From the NCBI GenBank assembly GCA_964631955.1, contig CAZWBA010000002.1:12508-76507 (forward strand): a DNA stretch of 64,000 bases, given 5' to 3'. The translations under genes and the position numbers were made by a program. The stretch comes from an uncultured Verrucomicrobiaceae bacterium. GTDB taxonomy: Bacteria; Pseudomonadota; Gammaproteobacteria; Pseudomonadales; CAMLJR01. Positions 54,220-64,000 of this stretch are shown here, one piece after another; the first letter of the stretch is position 1, and the number at the start of each line of letters is the position of its first letter. Under the pieces are notes generated by a model. The model worked only from the letters and a program-made list of their open reading frames with translations, was not told the DNA's origin and did no database searches.

Positions 54220-56205
54220 TTACCGGTGTTCGGGGGAGGATGTGTCGCGCTGCAGCAGCGACAGATTTTCCCCGCGCTGATACATCGTGTGTCCGCCAGC
54301 GGACGCGGTATCGGACGCGCGCCTTAGCGCGGTCGTTTCGTGATGCACGAGCACCGCGAGCAATGTCTCGTTATTGCGGAACGGTCTCACCTGCACGAGA
54401 AAATGCTGCACCTTGCCGCCGCGGTTCACGGTGTACTCGTAATCGATCGACGCCTCGCTCCCGCTCAAAATTGCGCGCACCGCCTGCTGTGCCCGCGCGG
54501 TGATGGGGCGACTGTTTTCGTCACCGTCGTTTATTTCAAAAAAATTCTCCGGCCGTTCCTCGCCGCGATAATGCCGCTTTCTGCTGTTCACCCAGGTTCG
54601 ATTGGCGACGACCAGCTGTCCTTCGCTATCGATCACCATGATCTGCATGGGTAGCGCATCGACCAGATCGCGCACCAGACTGCGGGCCTGCTCCAGCGAA
54701 TACTGTGCATTGAGATGCACGCTCACATCCTGCATCGCACCCAGCATGCGCTCCGCATTGCCGGATTCGTCGGTGAGCAGTCGACCGATCCAGTGCACAT
54801 GCCTGTCGATGCCCTCGCGACCCGGAAAACTCACGATCAGATCGATCGTGGGTTCGGCTTCGGTGCAATTGACGATGGATTGCACGAGCGCCATGCGATC
54901 GCGCGGCTTCAATTTGTCGAGCAGGTATTTTTTGTACTCATGCGCAGGGCAGTCCTCCATTTCCAGCATCGCCACCGCGCGCGGTGAAAAATGCATTGCG
55001 CCCTGATCGTAATCGAAACCCCAGTCGCCGAAGCCGGCGATTTCGTGCGCCACCTGCAGGCGCGCCGCTTCTTCGGCGGAAATCTTCTGCGTCTGCTTCA
55101 AGCCGGTGATGTCACGCGCGAGAATACTGATGCCGTTTGCCGCAGCGGAGGCGGTGATGCCAAGCCAGCATTGCTGCGGCGCAAAATAATATTCGCAGTA
55201 CTGCGTGTTTTTTTCTTCCATGGCGCGGCGGATCAGAATCGATGCCGGCTCTCCGGGCTGAAACGGAAAAATTTCCCAGAGACTGCGGCCTGTCGCGTGA
55301 GGGCGTTCGAGACGGGCACTCAGCTGTTCGCCGCTCTGATTGGCGAAACGGATCGTCCAGTTGTTGTCGACCGCAAACGACGCATCGTCGATATGGTTGA
55401 GCAGGCTCGTCAGCTGGGCCATGCTGGAACTGATCGTCTGCTGCAGATTGATACTGTCGGTGACATCGCACGAAATGCAGATCACATGCGCGTCACCCTG
55501 CTGCGGCGTCCGCACCAGCGTAAACGTGTTGACCCAGGTACGGCGATCTCCCGTCAGGATGCGGCAGCTGCCTTCGAATTGTGAGTGCCCGCGCGTCAAT
55601 GCCTGATGCCACGCCGCCGACAGCGGTTTCTGATGTTCCGCGCCCCAGAGTGAAAACCAGTTTTTGCCGACTATCTGCCCGGCACTTTCCGCGCCGATCA
55701 GTTTCAGTCCCGGTGCGTTGATCGAAAGAATGGAGCCGTCGGTTCCCAACACCTTGATGCAGTCGCGACTGGCGTCGAGAATCGATTCGATCGTGGTGGA
55801 GAGGATATCCAGGCGGGACTGGACGGCATTGGCGTCGACGCGCTGCTGCATGTCGCGGGCGATAAAGCGGCCGACCACCGCGGCGAGCACGGTGAGAAGC
55901 AGCAGCGACATCTGTTCGGACCTGCTGAGAATGGCGGCACCGCCGAGCATCAACTGCCACAGCATGACACCGCACAGCGCCAGCGCACCGATCACGCCGG
56001 CCGTGTAAATGCCGCGCAATGCCACGCCGGTCATGACGATGGCGGCCGTCCACGCGACCATGCCGGGAAGGTGGAGATCCATGCCGATCAGGACAATGCC
56101 CAGAATCGCCGCGGGAAGCGCGAGGCCCACCGCGACGCTCGCCGGCAGCTGCGATGCGGACGCGGGATTCAACTCCAGTATTCGGCGCAAGGAATTCAGT
56201 GGCAT
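54220..56205 (-). CDS. Membrane-anchored multi-PAS sensor protein with no recognisable output domain
   Basis: About 4 TM segments are followed by about four PAS-like repeats (for example ILDASRDCIKVLGTDGSILSIN, FAVDNNWTIRFAN, LVDALPMQIMVIDSEGQLVVAN). I see no HisKA, HATPase, GGDEF, EAL or HTH domain. Confidence 0.7.
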   Translation of the reverse strand: MPLNSLRRILELNPASASQLPASVAVGLALPAAILGIVLIGMDLHLPGMVAWTAAIVMTGVALRGIYTAGVIGALALCGVMLWQLMLGGAAILSRSEQMSLLLLTVLAAVVGRFIARDMQQRVDANAVQSRLDILSTTIESILDASRDCIKVLGTDGSILSINAPGLKLIGAESAGQIVGKNWFSLWGAEHQKPLSAAWHQALTRGHSQFEGSCRILTGDRRTWVNTFTLVRTPQQGDAHVICISCDVTDSINLQQTISSSMAQLTSLLNHIDDASFAVDNNWTIRFANQSGEQLSARLERPHATGRSLWEIFPFQPGEPASILIRRAMEEKNTQYCEYYFAPQQCWLGITASAAANGISILARDITGLKQTQKISAEEAARLQVAHEIAGFGDWGFDYDQGAMHFSPRAVAMLEMEDCPAHEYKKYLLDKLKPRDRMALVQSIVNCTEAEPTIDLIVSFPGREGIDRHVHWIGRLLTDESGNAERMLGAMQDVSVHLNAQYSLEQARSLVRDLVDALPMQIMVIDSEGQLVVANRTWVNSRKRHYRGEERPENFFEINDGDENSRPITARAQQAVRAILSGSEASIDYEYTVNRGGKVQHFLVQVRPFRNNETLLAVLVHHETTALRRASDTASAGGHTMYQRGENLSLLQRDTSSPEHR

Positions 56206-56330
56206 ACGGTCAGACGCAACGTCGGGATGGAAATCGTTGAAGGTGGAAAGAGTCTAGAGCAGCGGGCGCGACCTCTCCATTCGATGGCGTACCCAGATGG
56301 CGAGGGCGCAGTCGTCGCGCGAAAATGCTT

Positions 56331-58706
56331 TCAGCGCTCGTAACGGCTGTAGTCGAGAATGCCCCACTCGATGAGTTCGAGGTTGCGATAGGTATTGAGC
56401 GCCCAGTCGCCCTCCTGCCAGAAACGCGCGCCGTTGCGCGAGACGGCGAACCGCGCCGCCACCGCGCGGTAATCCGCGGCATTGCGGATATTCGCCAGAC
56501 TGCGCGCCAGCCGCGGCAGATCGTCCTCGTGCACGACCCAGAATGCATTGGGATACGCGCCCACGATGCCGGGCACCACGCTCAGCGTATCGCGCGCCGG
56601 CCGCCGCCGGTTCTGCGTGGACATCGGCATGGCGACATTGCTGCGATCGTCGTTATGAATCAGCGTGAAAATGCGATCGGGTTCATTGCGGATAATCACG
56701 CGCAGCAAAATCGTTTCGGGCAGCCGCGCGACGGCGGCACCGCGTAATTTCGCCACTTTCTGTAGCGCAGCCTGCAAGGGTTCCGCCAGCTCCGCATCGG
56801 CCAGATCATGGCGATGCGACAACGCCGGGCCGAGACGCGCACGCAGCAGATCGAAAAATTCGCGCTGCGGATTTTTGCTGCGGTAATGAATGCCGCTCTC
56901 GCGCTGGTACGCATCCGTTTTGCGATAAACCGAATCCCGGAATTTCGCGCTCACGCCCTGATACCAGGCATTGCGTGTTTTCTCGCGCGCGGATTTCGGC
57001 AGAAATTGCAGAAAATTGGTTTCGCTCTCCATGCGTAAAAAATCCAGGTAGACCCGCGTCAGCAATTGCTGGTCCGTATCTCCATACACATCGAATCCCG
57101 CCGCGAGCAGATAATACAAGCGCTCGAATAGCGGGTAATCGAGCACCCACGCCGTTCCCGGCATGGGCTCGACAAATCCCGGCACGACGCTGGCGCTGTC
57201 GACATGACGAAAGACTGTGAGCGCCGCATTGCGACCGCTCTGATTTCCGCCCTGACCATTCCAGATCAGGTCGAGCGTTGCCGCCGGCGGATTCGGAAAT
57301 TTTTCCGTCAGATAGTGTTCTCTCGCCGCGACATATTCCGCCTGCAGATCTGCATATTTTTTCCATCCGGAAGCCGGCGACCGGTTTTCCGGTTCGTCCG
57401 GCAGCGATAAACCATTGCTCGCGCGCGCCAGAAAATCGCTGTCGACCATCGCCTCGCTATCCGGACTGATGAACATCACCCAGAACTGATCCTGCACGAC
57501 ATCGAGCGCGAGCCAGTCGCGGAAAGCCGGACCCTTCACCACCGCTGCCATAAAAAAATACGCATCGTCGAGCAAAAATCGATACCGCACCTGCAGCGGT
57601 ATTGCCGCGAAAGTGACGAAAGGATTTGCGGAAATATCCGCCGCATAATGCGGCAACGCTTTCACCGCGTAATCGGACTGCAAAAATAACTGCTGCCAGC
57701 GCTGCATGCGTTGCAGGTTCAGCGCGTAGGGCAAATGCGTCTTTGCGGCGATCGTGGCGCGATGCGGTTGCAGACGATAATAAACGCGCTTTACCTGCGG
57801 GTCGTCGAACGGCTTTCGCGTTGCAATCACATCGACCGGATCGCCGGGCGCCGTACGCGAACGCACCAATCGAAAAAACTCTCTGGTATCGCTGTTGCTG
57901 AAATAGATATCGGCGAGAAACAGATGTTCGTAGATGTAGCGCGCCATCAACTGCGAGCGGGCATCGTTGCGATTCAGAAATCGCTCCCATTCGGCGATCT
58001 CTTTCTGGGCCGCCGACGATAATGGCGGCGCCGCGGCAATATTTGCTCCAGCCTCCAGCCAGCGCGTGATGCGGGTGAATTCATCGTCGCTCAGTGCAGG
58101 CAGTCCGTAGGGCATTCCATGCAGCGGACGCTCTTTCGCATAGCGGTCGAAATCGTCGTTCGACGGACAAAAGGCTTTGCGGTTGCGCGATGTATCGAGC
58201 GCCGCCGGCAATCGGCCATCGGGCAAGGGGTGTTCGGCCTTGAGCGTGAGCATGCGATGCAGCAAGCTGTTGCCCAGATCATTCTGCGCGTCGCGCTCGC
58301 CTGTATTGAGAACGGGAAAAAAGTGTCTGGCGCGCCATGCGTCGGTCGACTGCGCGCCGGCCGGCACATCGATAAACAGCCGCGTCGGCTCGGCCGCCGT
58401 CTTGCGCTTGCTGTCGTACACCAGCGCGCGAGTTGCGCCGCGCTGCAAGCCCTCGGGTGAATCGAGCGTTAATTGACAGGGCGCGTCATAACCGGCGTGG
58501 CACACGACGCAACGCTTGTCGAAAATGGGTTTGATATCGCGATAAAACTCCGGCGCCGACACGACTGGCGTGATCGGCTCGATCGCAACCGGCGCAACAA
58601 TTGCGGGCGGCGTTTCAACAGTGAAATGGCGCGTCTGCCAGATCGCCGCGACGACCAGTGCAATGAGCACCATCGATATCGCACCGAACCGCCACCATTT
58701 ATGCAT
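56331..58706 (-). CDS. cti: Fatty acid cis/trans isomerase (periplasmic heme c enzyme)
   Basis: 791 aa with an N-terminal anchor/signal and a CVVCH heme-binding motif in FDKRCVVCHAGYDAPC. Size and N-terminal pattern match Pseudomonas Cti. Confidence 0.8.
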   Translation of the reverse strand: MHKWWRFGAISMVLIALVVAAIWQTRHFTVETPPAIVAPVAIEPITPVVSAPEFYRDIKPIFDKRCVVCHAGYDAPCQLTLDSPEGLQRGATRALVYDSKRKTAAEPTRLFIDVPAGAQSTDAWRARHFFPVLNTGERDAQNDLGNSLLHRMLTLKAEHPLPDGRLPAALDTSRNRKAFCPSNDDFDRYAKERPLHGMPYGLPALSDDEFTRITRWLEAGANIAAAPPLSSAAQKEIAEWERFLNRNDARSQLMARYIYEHLFLADIYFSNSDTREFFRLVRSRTAPGDPVDVIATRKPFDDPQVKRVYYRLQPHRATIAAKTHLPYALNLQRMQRWQQLFLQSDYAVKALPHYAADISANPFVTFAAIPLQVRYRFLLDDAYFFMAAVVKGPAFRDWLALDVVQDQFWVMFISPDSEAMVDSDFLARASNGLSLPDEPENRSPASGWKKYADLQAEYVAAREHYLTEKFPNPPAATLDLIWNGQGGNQSGRNAALTVFRHVDSASVVPGFVEPMPGTAWVLDYPLFERLYYLLAAGFDVYGDTDQQLLTRVYLDFLRMESETNFLQFLPKSAREKTRNAWYQGVSAKFRDSVYRKTDAYQRESGIHYRSKNPQREFFDLLRARLGPALSHRHDLADAELAEPLQAALQKVAKLRGAAVARLPETILLRVIIRNEPDRIFTLIHNDDRSNVAMPMSTQNRRRPARDTLSVVPGIVGAYPNAFWVVHEDDLPRLARSLANIRNAADYRAVAARFAVSRNGARFWQEGDWALNTYRNLELIEWGILDYSRYER

Positions 58707-58867
58707 ACGTCACCCACCCTCTCGCAGCGCGCAGACTACCGTGTGAACCGGCATTGCGCCAGATTGGCGCGCGGGCGATGACGATCCGGTTTGTCTCGTC
58801 CGCACACCGCGCTTTTTGCGGAAAATGACGAAGGTCTGAAAGAGTCGGGGAAGGGTCGGGCTGAAAT

Positions 58868-58890
58868 GAAAACGGCCCCGAACGGGGCCG
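58868..58890 (-). terminator. Terminator after the PEP-CTERM gene
   Basis: CGGCCCC (58873-58879), loop GAAC, GGGGCCG (58884-58890). The T-run is on the minus strand. Confidence 0.5.
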
Positions 58891-58911
58891 CTTTATCGAA
58901 CAAGAATCCGC

Positions 58912-59505
58912 TTACGCGGCTTTGCGGCGGGCGACGCCGACCAGACCGATCAATCCGGAGCCCAGCAGCCACACACCCGCCGGTACCGGCACTTCGGAAA
59001 CGGTCGCGGTAAATGCCGATGGCGTACTGCCACTATCGAACACCAGCACGCCGCCCGTCGTCACGACGTCTTCCAGCGCCCACTGCAAAAAGCTCGCGCT
59101 GCCAAACTGTGGCTCGAGCGCGGAAGCCATATCCCACGGCGCTGACAGAGGTCCGTTGAGCAGATCCCGCCCTTCGAGGCTTGCGCGTGAAAAACCAATG
59201 ACGCCATAGTCGCTATTGATGAAGTAACGTGTCTCTGTAATGAAATTGAAAACGCCCAACGGCTCGATGTAGATCGAAACGCTGAGATTGTCGTTGCTCA
59301 GACCACCATCGTAGGCAGTAATGGTCGAGGTGTCGGCCGTGGCAGTAATGACGAAATAGGCGTTTTCGAAGGCGGCATCACCCAAAGACCCGCTGCCCTC
59401 GCCGGTGTGAATGGTGGTCACCAGCGCGGCCGATGCCTGCATCGCTGTCGACAGCAGCAATACGGGCGCAATTTTTTTCAGCGCGGATAAGAATATCTTT
59501 TTCAT
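58912..59505 (-). CDS. PEP-CTERM sorting-domain secreted protein
   Basis: It has a signal peptide and the C-terminal motif VPVPAGVWLLGSGLIGLVGVARRKAA. Confidence 0.8.
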   Translation of the reverse strand: MKKIFLSALKKIAPVLLLSTAMQASAALVTTIHTGEGSGSLGDAAFENAYFVITATADTSTITAYDGGLSNDNLSVSIYIEPLGVFNFITETRYFINSDYGVIGFSRASLEGRDLLNGPLSAPWDMASALEPQFGSASFLQWALEDVVTTGGVLVFDSGSTPSAFTATVSEVPVPAGVWLLGSGLIGLVGVARRKAA

Positions 59506-59785
59506 GGTATGGCTCCTGAGTTGGACGAATGCCTTGCGGCGCTCCTGTCGGCAGCACGAATTCGCGCTGCGCGCTTATTGATCTTCAAACCGATAGCGTC
59601 GAGCTGAAGCACGCTTCAGGCCAAAAACGCAATCTTCTTGCCCATCAGAAACTAACGCGACTTCCCCTGCGCCAGATTGCGCGCGAGTGTAAGTTTCTCC
59701 GACACAAAATACCGGACGACGAACCGTGCGCGCGATAAATCGTGCATGTGGTGGTTGCAGCAACGACTGGCGGATGCAGCAACGA

Positions 59786-61675
59786 CTACAGCACCGCCGC
59801 CAGGTTGCCCTTCGATTCGAGCCATTCCTTGCGGTCGCCTGCACGCTTCCTGGCCAGCAGCATATCCATCAACTGCAGCGTGTCATCGCCCGACTCCACG
59901 GTCAGCCGCACCAGCCGGCGCGTATTGGGGTCCATGACAGTTTCGCGCAGCTGCAGAGGATTCATTTCGCCCAGCCCCTTGAAGCGCGTGACCTGAACCT
60001 TGCCGCGTTTATTTTCCGCCGCGATGCGATCGAGAATGCCCTGCTTTTCGGCTTCGTCGAGCGCGTAGAAAACCTCCTTGCCCAGATCGATGCGAAACAG
60101 CGGTGGCATCGCCACATAGACATGGCCAGCCTGTACGAGCGTTTTGAAATGCCGCACGAACAACGCGCACAACAGCGTCGCGATATGCGCACCGTCCGAA
60201 TCGGCGTCGGCGAGAATGCAAACCTTGTGATAGCGCAGACCTTCGAGCGAATCGGAGCCCGGATCAACGCCGATGGCGACGGAAATATCGTGCACTTCCT
60301 GCGAAGCGAGCACTTCCATCACATCGACTTCCCAGGTATTCAGAATTTTTCCGCGCAACGGCAGGATCGCCTGAAATTCGCGATCGCGCGCCTGCTTCGC
60401 CGAACCGCCCGCGGAATCGCCTTCCACCAGAAACAATTCGCCGCGCTCGATTTCACTGCCCGAGCAATCGGCCAGCTTTCCCGGCAGCGCAGGACCCGCC
60501 GTCACTTTCTTGCGCGCGACCTGCTTGGATTTTCGTAAACGCGTTTGCGCGCTGCTGATACACAACTCCGCCAGCTTTTCCGCTTCCTCGGTGTGCTGGT
60601 TGAGCCAGAGACTGAACGCATCCTTGGTTACACCCGCGACGAACACCGCCGCTTCGCGCGAGGTCAAACGCTCCTTGGTCTGCCCGGAGAATTGCGCATC
60701 CTGCATTTTCGAACTCAGCACATACGCGCATTTATCCCAGATATCGTCGGGCGCGAGCTTGATGCCGCGCGGCAATAAATTGCGGAATTCGCAAAACTCA
60801 CGCATCGCATCGAGCAGACCCGAGCGCAATCCGTTCACATGCGTACCGCCCTGCGCGGTCGGAATCAGATTCACATACGATTCGGTAATCAGCTCGCCGC
60901 CTTCGGGCAGCCACTGCACCGCCCAGTCCACCGCTTCGCGATCGCTTTTGAAACTGCCGACGAAGGGAGTGGCGGGAAGTACGTCGAATTCCTGCGTCGC
61001 CGCGCGCAGATAATCCTGCAGGCCGTCTTCGTAAAACCATTCGTCGCGCTCGCCGGTGGTTTCGTCGGTGAACGTAACCCGCAATTTCGGACACAGCACC
61101 GCTTTCGCGCGCAGCACGTGACGCAAACGCGTCGCGGAAAATTTCGGTGACTCGAAATATTTCGGATCGGGAAGAAATCGCACGCTCGTTCCCGTTTCGC
61201 GTTTGCCGCAGGTGCCGATGCTTTCGAGATCGCTGGCTTTGTCGCCGTTCGCGAATCCCATGCGATAGATCTGGCCGTCGCGGCGAATGGTGACTTCGAG
61301 CGTTTTCGATAATGCATTGACGACCGACACACCCACGCCGTGCAAGCCGCCGGAAAACTGATAATTCTGATTCGAAAACTTTCCGCCCGCGTGCAGCGTG
61401 CACAAAATGACTTCGACGCCGGGCTTTCCCTGCTCCGGATGGATATCGACCGGCATACCGCGACCGTTATCGGTACACGTCAGCGAATTATCCTTGTGCA
61501 GAACCACATCGATCTGATTGCAATATCCGCCGAGCGCCTCATCGACGCTGTTATCGATCACTTCCTGCGCCAGATGGTTCGGCCGCGAAGTATCGGTGTA
61601 CATCCCCGGGCGTTTGCGCACGGGATCAAGACCGGTGAGAACTTCAATACTTTCCGCGTTATAGGTTTTCGACAT
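59786..61675 (-). CDS. parE: DNA topoisomerase IV subunit B
   Basis: 629 aa, with IEVLTGLDPVRKRPGMYT, a GHKL ATPase domain and Toprim motifs (LFLVEGDSAGGSAKQ). The parE-yqiA-cpdA neighbourhood supports the call. Confidence 0.95.
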   Translation of the reverse strand: MSKTYNAESIEVLTGLDPVRKRPGMYTDTSRPNHLAQEVIDNSVDEALGGYCNQIDVVLHKDNSLTCTDNGRGMPVDIHPEQGKPGVEVILCTLHAGGKFSNQNYQFSGGLHGVGVSVVNALSKTLEVTIRRDGQIYRMGFANGDKASDLESIGTCGKRETGTSVRFLPDPKYFESPKFSATRLRHVLRAKAVLCPKLRVTFTDETTGERDEWFYEDGLQDYLRAATQEFDVLPATPFVGSFKSDREAVDWAVQWLPEGGELITESYVNLIPTAQGGTHVNGLRSGLLDAMREFCEFRNLLPRGIKLAPDDIWDKCAYVLSSKMQDAQFSGQTKERLTSREAAVFVAGVTKDAFSLWLNQHTEEAEKLAELCISSAQTRLRKSKQVARKKVTAGPALPGKLADCSGSEIERGELFLVEGDSAGGSAKQARDREFQAILPLRGKILNTWEVDVMEVLASQEVHDISVAIGVDPGSDSLEGLRYHKVCILADADSDGAHIATLLCALFVRHFKTLVQAGHVYVAMPPLFRIDLGKEVFYALDEAEKQGILDRIAAENKRGKVQVTRFKGLGEMNPLQLRETVMDPNTRRLVRLTVESGDDTLQLMDMLLARKRAGDRKEWLESKGNLAAVL

Positions 61676-61743
61676 GTATTTCTCGGTTGTTTTGAATGCT
61701 GTTGAAGAGTGGAGTGACGAACAGCGGCCTGATCAGAGATGCC

Positions 61744-62349
61744 TTAAACGAATGGCGACTGCAGAAACTTCACGATATCGGGCAGAAAGCGCTCGAAGCC
61801 CTGAAACGAATGATCGCCGCCATTTTCGATCGTTTGTCTGCAACCGGCGTAGTAATCGACCGCCTCGCGATAATCGAGCACTTCATCGCCCGTCTGGGCA
61901 AGCAGCCAGTATTTTTCCGGCTGCGTCAATTGCGCCGGCACCATCGACGCTAACGCAGCGATATCGCGCTGATCCAGCGTAAATCGCCGCCCGGTATAGG
62001 GATTCACCATCTCGCCGCCGCTGTCGCGAATATGCCTTTCCATACGCAGATGCGGGCGCACCGACGGATTGATCAATACCGCGCGCAAACCGTGGCGCTC
62101 TGCCAGCGAAGTCGCATAAAAGCCGCCCATCGAACTGCCCAATATACCGACGGTGGAATGTTTTTCGCGCGCCAGCACGATCGCTTTTTCGGCGACGGCG
62201 ATCGCCCGATGCGGCTCCTCCGGCAATTCCGGCACCACGCATTCAAGTGGCAGCTGACCGGCCCCGATGAACCGCACGAGCTGCTGCGCCTTTACCGAGC
62301 GCGGCGAGCTTAAAAAACCATGCAGATAAACCAGTATGGCGTCCGACAT
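61744..62349 (-). CDS. yqiA: YqiA-type esterase (alpha/beta hydrolase)
   Basis: ILVYLHGFLSSPRS and GSSMGGFYA nucleophile elbow. I prefer the ATG at 62349. Confidence 0.8.
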   Translation of the reverse strand: MSDAILVYLHGFLSSPRSVKAQQLVRFIGAGQLPLECVVPELPEEPHRAIAVAEKAIVLAREKHSTVGILGSSMGGFYATSLAERHGLRAVLINPSVRPHLRMERHIRDSGGEMVNPYTGRRFTLDQRDIAALASMVPAQLTQPEKYWLLAQTGDEVLDYREAVDYYAGCRQTIENGGDHSFQGFERFLPDIVKFLQSPFV

Positions 62350-62447
62350 GCGCTGGCGATTCTCGTGAGAAAACGGAGGCAACTCTACTGCGCGTTCATC
62401 GGTCTTGCAATTTGCGCCGGCGATTTCCTTGCGCCGCTGTCTTTATT

Positions 62448-63518
62448 TCAATCCGGACAATCAGACTGGAGTTTCGGTGCTGTGTATGCGACCACGCAAT
62501 TGCGGCCGGCTGCTTTCGCGCGATACAGCGCCGTGTCGACACATTCGATCCAGCGATTGTGATCGGTAAATTCCGCGGTCAGTTCAGCGACACCGAAACT
62601 CGCGGTGACGCGCATGTCGCCGAGCGGATGGTAGGCCAGTATCGCGCGCAGACGCTCGGCGGCGTCGATCGCTTCGGCGAGTGTCGTGTCGGGCATGAGC
62701 ACCGCGAATTCCTCGCCGCCATAACGCGCCGCGCGATCGATTTCACGCACGTTCGCGCGCATCAGATCGGCGAATTTGCGAATGACTTCGTCACCCGCTG
62801 CGTGGCCGCCGCGATCGTTGATCGATTTGAAATAATCGATATCGGCCAGAATGATCGCGGCCGGTGTTCGCTGACGCTGACCGCGTGCGAATTCTTCGGC
62901 GACCAGCGATTCCCAGTGCATGCGATTGAGCAAACCGGACAAGCCGTCATGCTTGCTCAGGTGATCGAGCTTGTCGCGCTGCTGCGACAGATGCTTCGAC
63001 AATTGATAGGTGAGAATGCCGATCGCCACCGGGTAAAGCGTGATCAGCGGCAGCGTCGCGAATACATTGAGCAACGACGATGTCGGCTGCCAGTGCATGC
63101 CCACCAGTGCTATCCCGAGAATGGCGCCGATGCCATGCGCGATGGCACCGCGCCACAGCAATCCCGCACCACCCACGCCGGCATTGCTCATCGACGTCAT
63201 CGCTGCGACCGCGGCACTCGGCAGAATGTTGAAATGCATGACGGGTATCCACAGGCCAACGAGGATGTTGTCGACCATCAGGGTAACTATGGGAGCCTGG
63301 CGCCGATTCTGCGATCTCGATTCGATCTGATAGGCAAGATGCGGCCAGATAAAACTGTGGAACAGCGACAGGCACCACCACTTCAGTGACGCGTTCAACT
63401 CGTACAACACCGAGCCGACCGTAATGGCAGCCAGCGCGCCGACGATGCCGCGTGCCAGATAAATGCGCCGAATCAGCGTTAAACCGCGACGTGGCTGCGC
63501 CGCTGTGAGAAAGGACAT
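62448..63518 (-). CDS. MASE2-like membrane diguanylate cyclase
   Basis: Multi-TM N-terminus plus a GGDEF domain (RYGGEEFAVLM). Confidence 0.8.
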   Translation of the reverse strand: MSFLTAAQPRRGLTLIRRIYLARGIVGALAAITVGSVLYELNASLKWWCLSLFHSFIWPHLAYQIESRSQNRRQAPIVTLMVDNILVGLWIPVMHFNILPSAAVAAMTSMSNAGVGGAGLLWRGAIAHGIGAILGIALVGMHWQPTSSLLNVFATLPLITLYPVAIGILTYQLSKHLSQQRDKLDHLSKHDGLSGLLNRMHWESLVAEEFARGQRQRTPAAIILADIDYFKSINDRGGHAAGDEVIRKFADLMRANVREIDRAARYGGEEFAVLMPDTTLAEAIDAAERLRAILAYHPLGDMRVTASFGVAELTAEFTDHNRWIECVDTALYRAKAAGRNCVVAYTAPKLQSDCPD

Positions 63519-63623
63519 CGATTGGATGACTGCGATTGAATGACATTCACAGTGTAGGCAGGATGCGCCGCTAAAGCGAAATAACCGACGAAAAATGGGG
63601 CGAAATTCCCCGGGGAATAATTC

Positions 63624-64000
63624 CTAGTAACCGCTGGCGGTCAGATCGACATCGAAGTCGATGGCGGTGACGCGCTCGACGCGCGTGTCGACGCGACCGT
63701 CGTCATGCAGATCGAACCAGCGATAGCCGGGCAGCTCAGTGTCGACGCAGAAATCCGCGCTATTCGGAGCGAATTGCACACAGGTGGAGGGTGAGGTCAG
63801 CACATGGACGCCGTTGCGGCGAATTTCCCTGCGCTGATGCACATGGCCCGATAACACCACGCGCACCTGCGGAAACTCATCGATGATCGACCAGAAGCGC
63901 TCCGCGTTCGCCACTACCTGCTCATCGAGCCACGCACAGCCAACCGGCAATAGATGGTGATGCACGCAAATCAGCGCATGATGGCGCGGTGCATCGCGCA
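63624..64000 (-). CDS. cpdA: 3',5'-cyclic-AMP phosphodiesterase CpdA; C-terminal part, rest lies outside the window
   Basis: Metallophosphoesterase motifs (HHHLLPVG, LSGHVHQ). The frame remains open to the window edge. Confidence 0.8.
   Translation of the reverse strand, partial: RDAPRHHALICVHHHLLPVGCAWLDEQVVANAERFWSIIDEFPQVRVVLSGHVHQRREIRRNGVHVLTSPSTCVQFAPNSADFCVDTELPGYRWFDLHDDGRVDTRVERVTAIDFDVDLTASGY

Overview
This is a 64 kb chromosomal segment from a GC-rich proteobacterium. Spot counts of single 60-nt lines give about 60% G+C. Gene content looks Pseudomonas-like: EF-P with Arg32 plus EarP, the PA2778/PA2779 pair, the fatty-acid cis/trans isomerase Cti, a FimV-like protein, long-form NrdA/NrdB, and parE-yqiA-cpdA. 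Most of the window is ordinary core genome:
- DNA metabolism: dinG, nrdAB, parE.
- Translation: initiator tRNA, efp/earP, a pseudouridine synthase.
- Arginine synthesis: argD, argF.
- Redox and stress: grxD, two glutathione peroxidases, emrRAB-like efflux, pirin, a nitroreductase, cytochrome b561 with two YceI genes.
- Signalling: two hybrid histidine kinases, four GGDEF proteins, and a PAS-only sensor.

The clear exception is an AT-rich island of about 8.3 kb (about 4013-12308) placed directly after the tRNA-fMet gene. Its far end carries a degenerate copy of the tRNA 3' end followed by what looks like the displaced native tRNA terminator. I found no integrase in it. The island contains:
- an XRE regulator with a perfect inverted-repeat operator candidate;
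- a lipoprotein gene split at a G6 tract;
- a tightly coupled pair of orphan genes: an 860-aa multi-pass membrane protein and a 303-aa soluble protein, neither with a motif I can recognise. This pair is my top candidate for an undescribed (defence or abortive-infection type) system;
- a CCACA/ATCCACA repeat cluster;
- a RepA-like AAA ATPase gene truncated by an IS3-family (IS407-like) element;
- a PIN/HTH toxin-antitoxin pair.

Other non-coding structure:
- REPIN-like hairpin doublets at two loci.
- Three palindromes spaced exactly 34 bp apart.
- A consensus DnaA box and tandem NrdR boxes upstream of nrdA.
- A 3-unit tandem repeat upstream of a DUF2062 gene.
- Several rho-independent terminators.

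All calls come from reading the sequence and the ORF track by eye. No database search was run. Start codons are often uncertain, and family names rest on remembered motifs.
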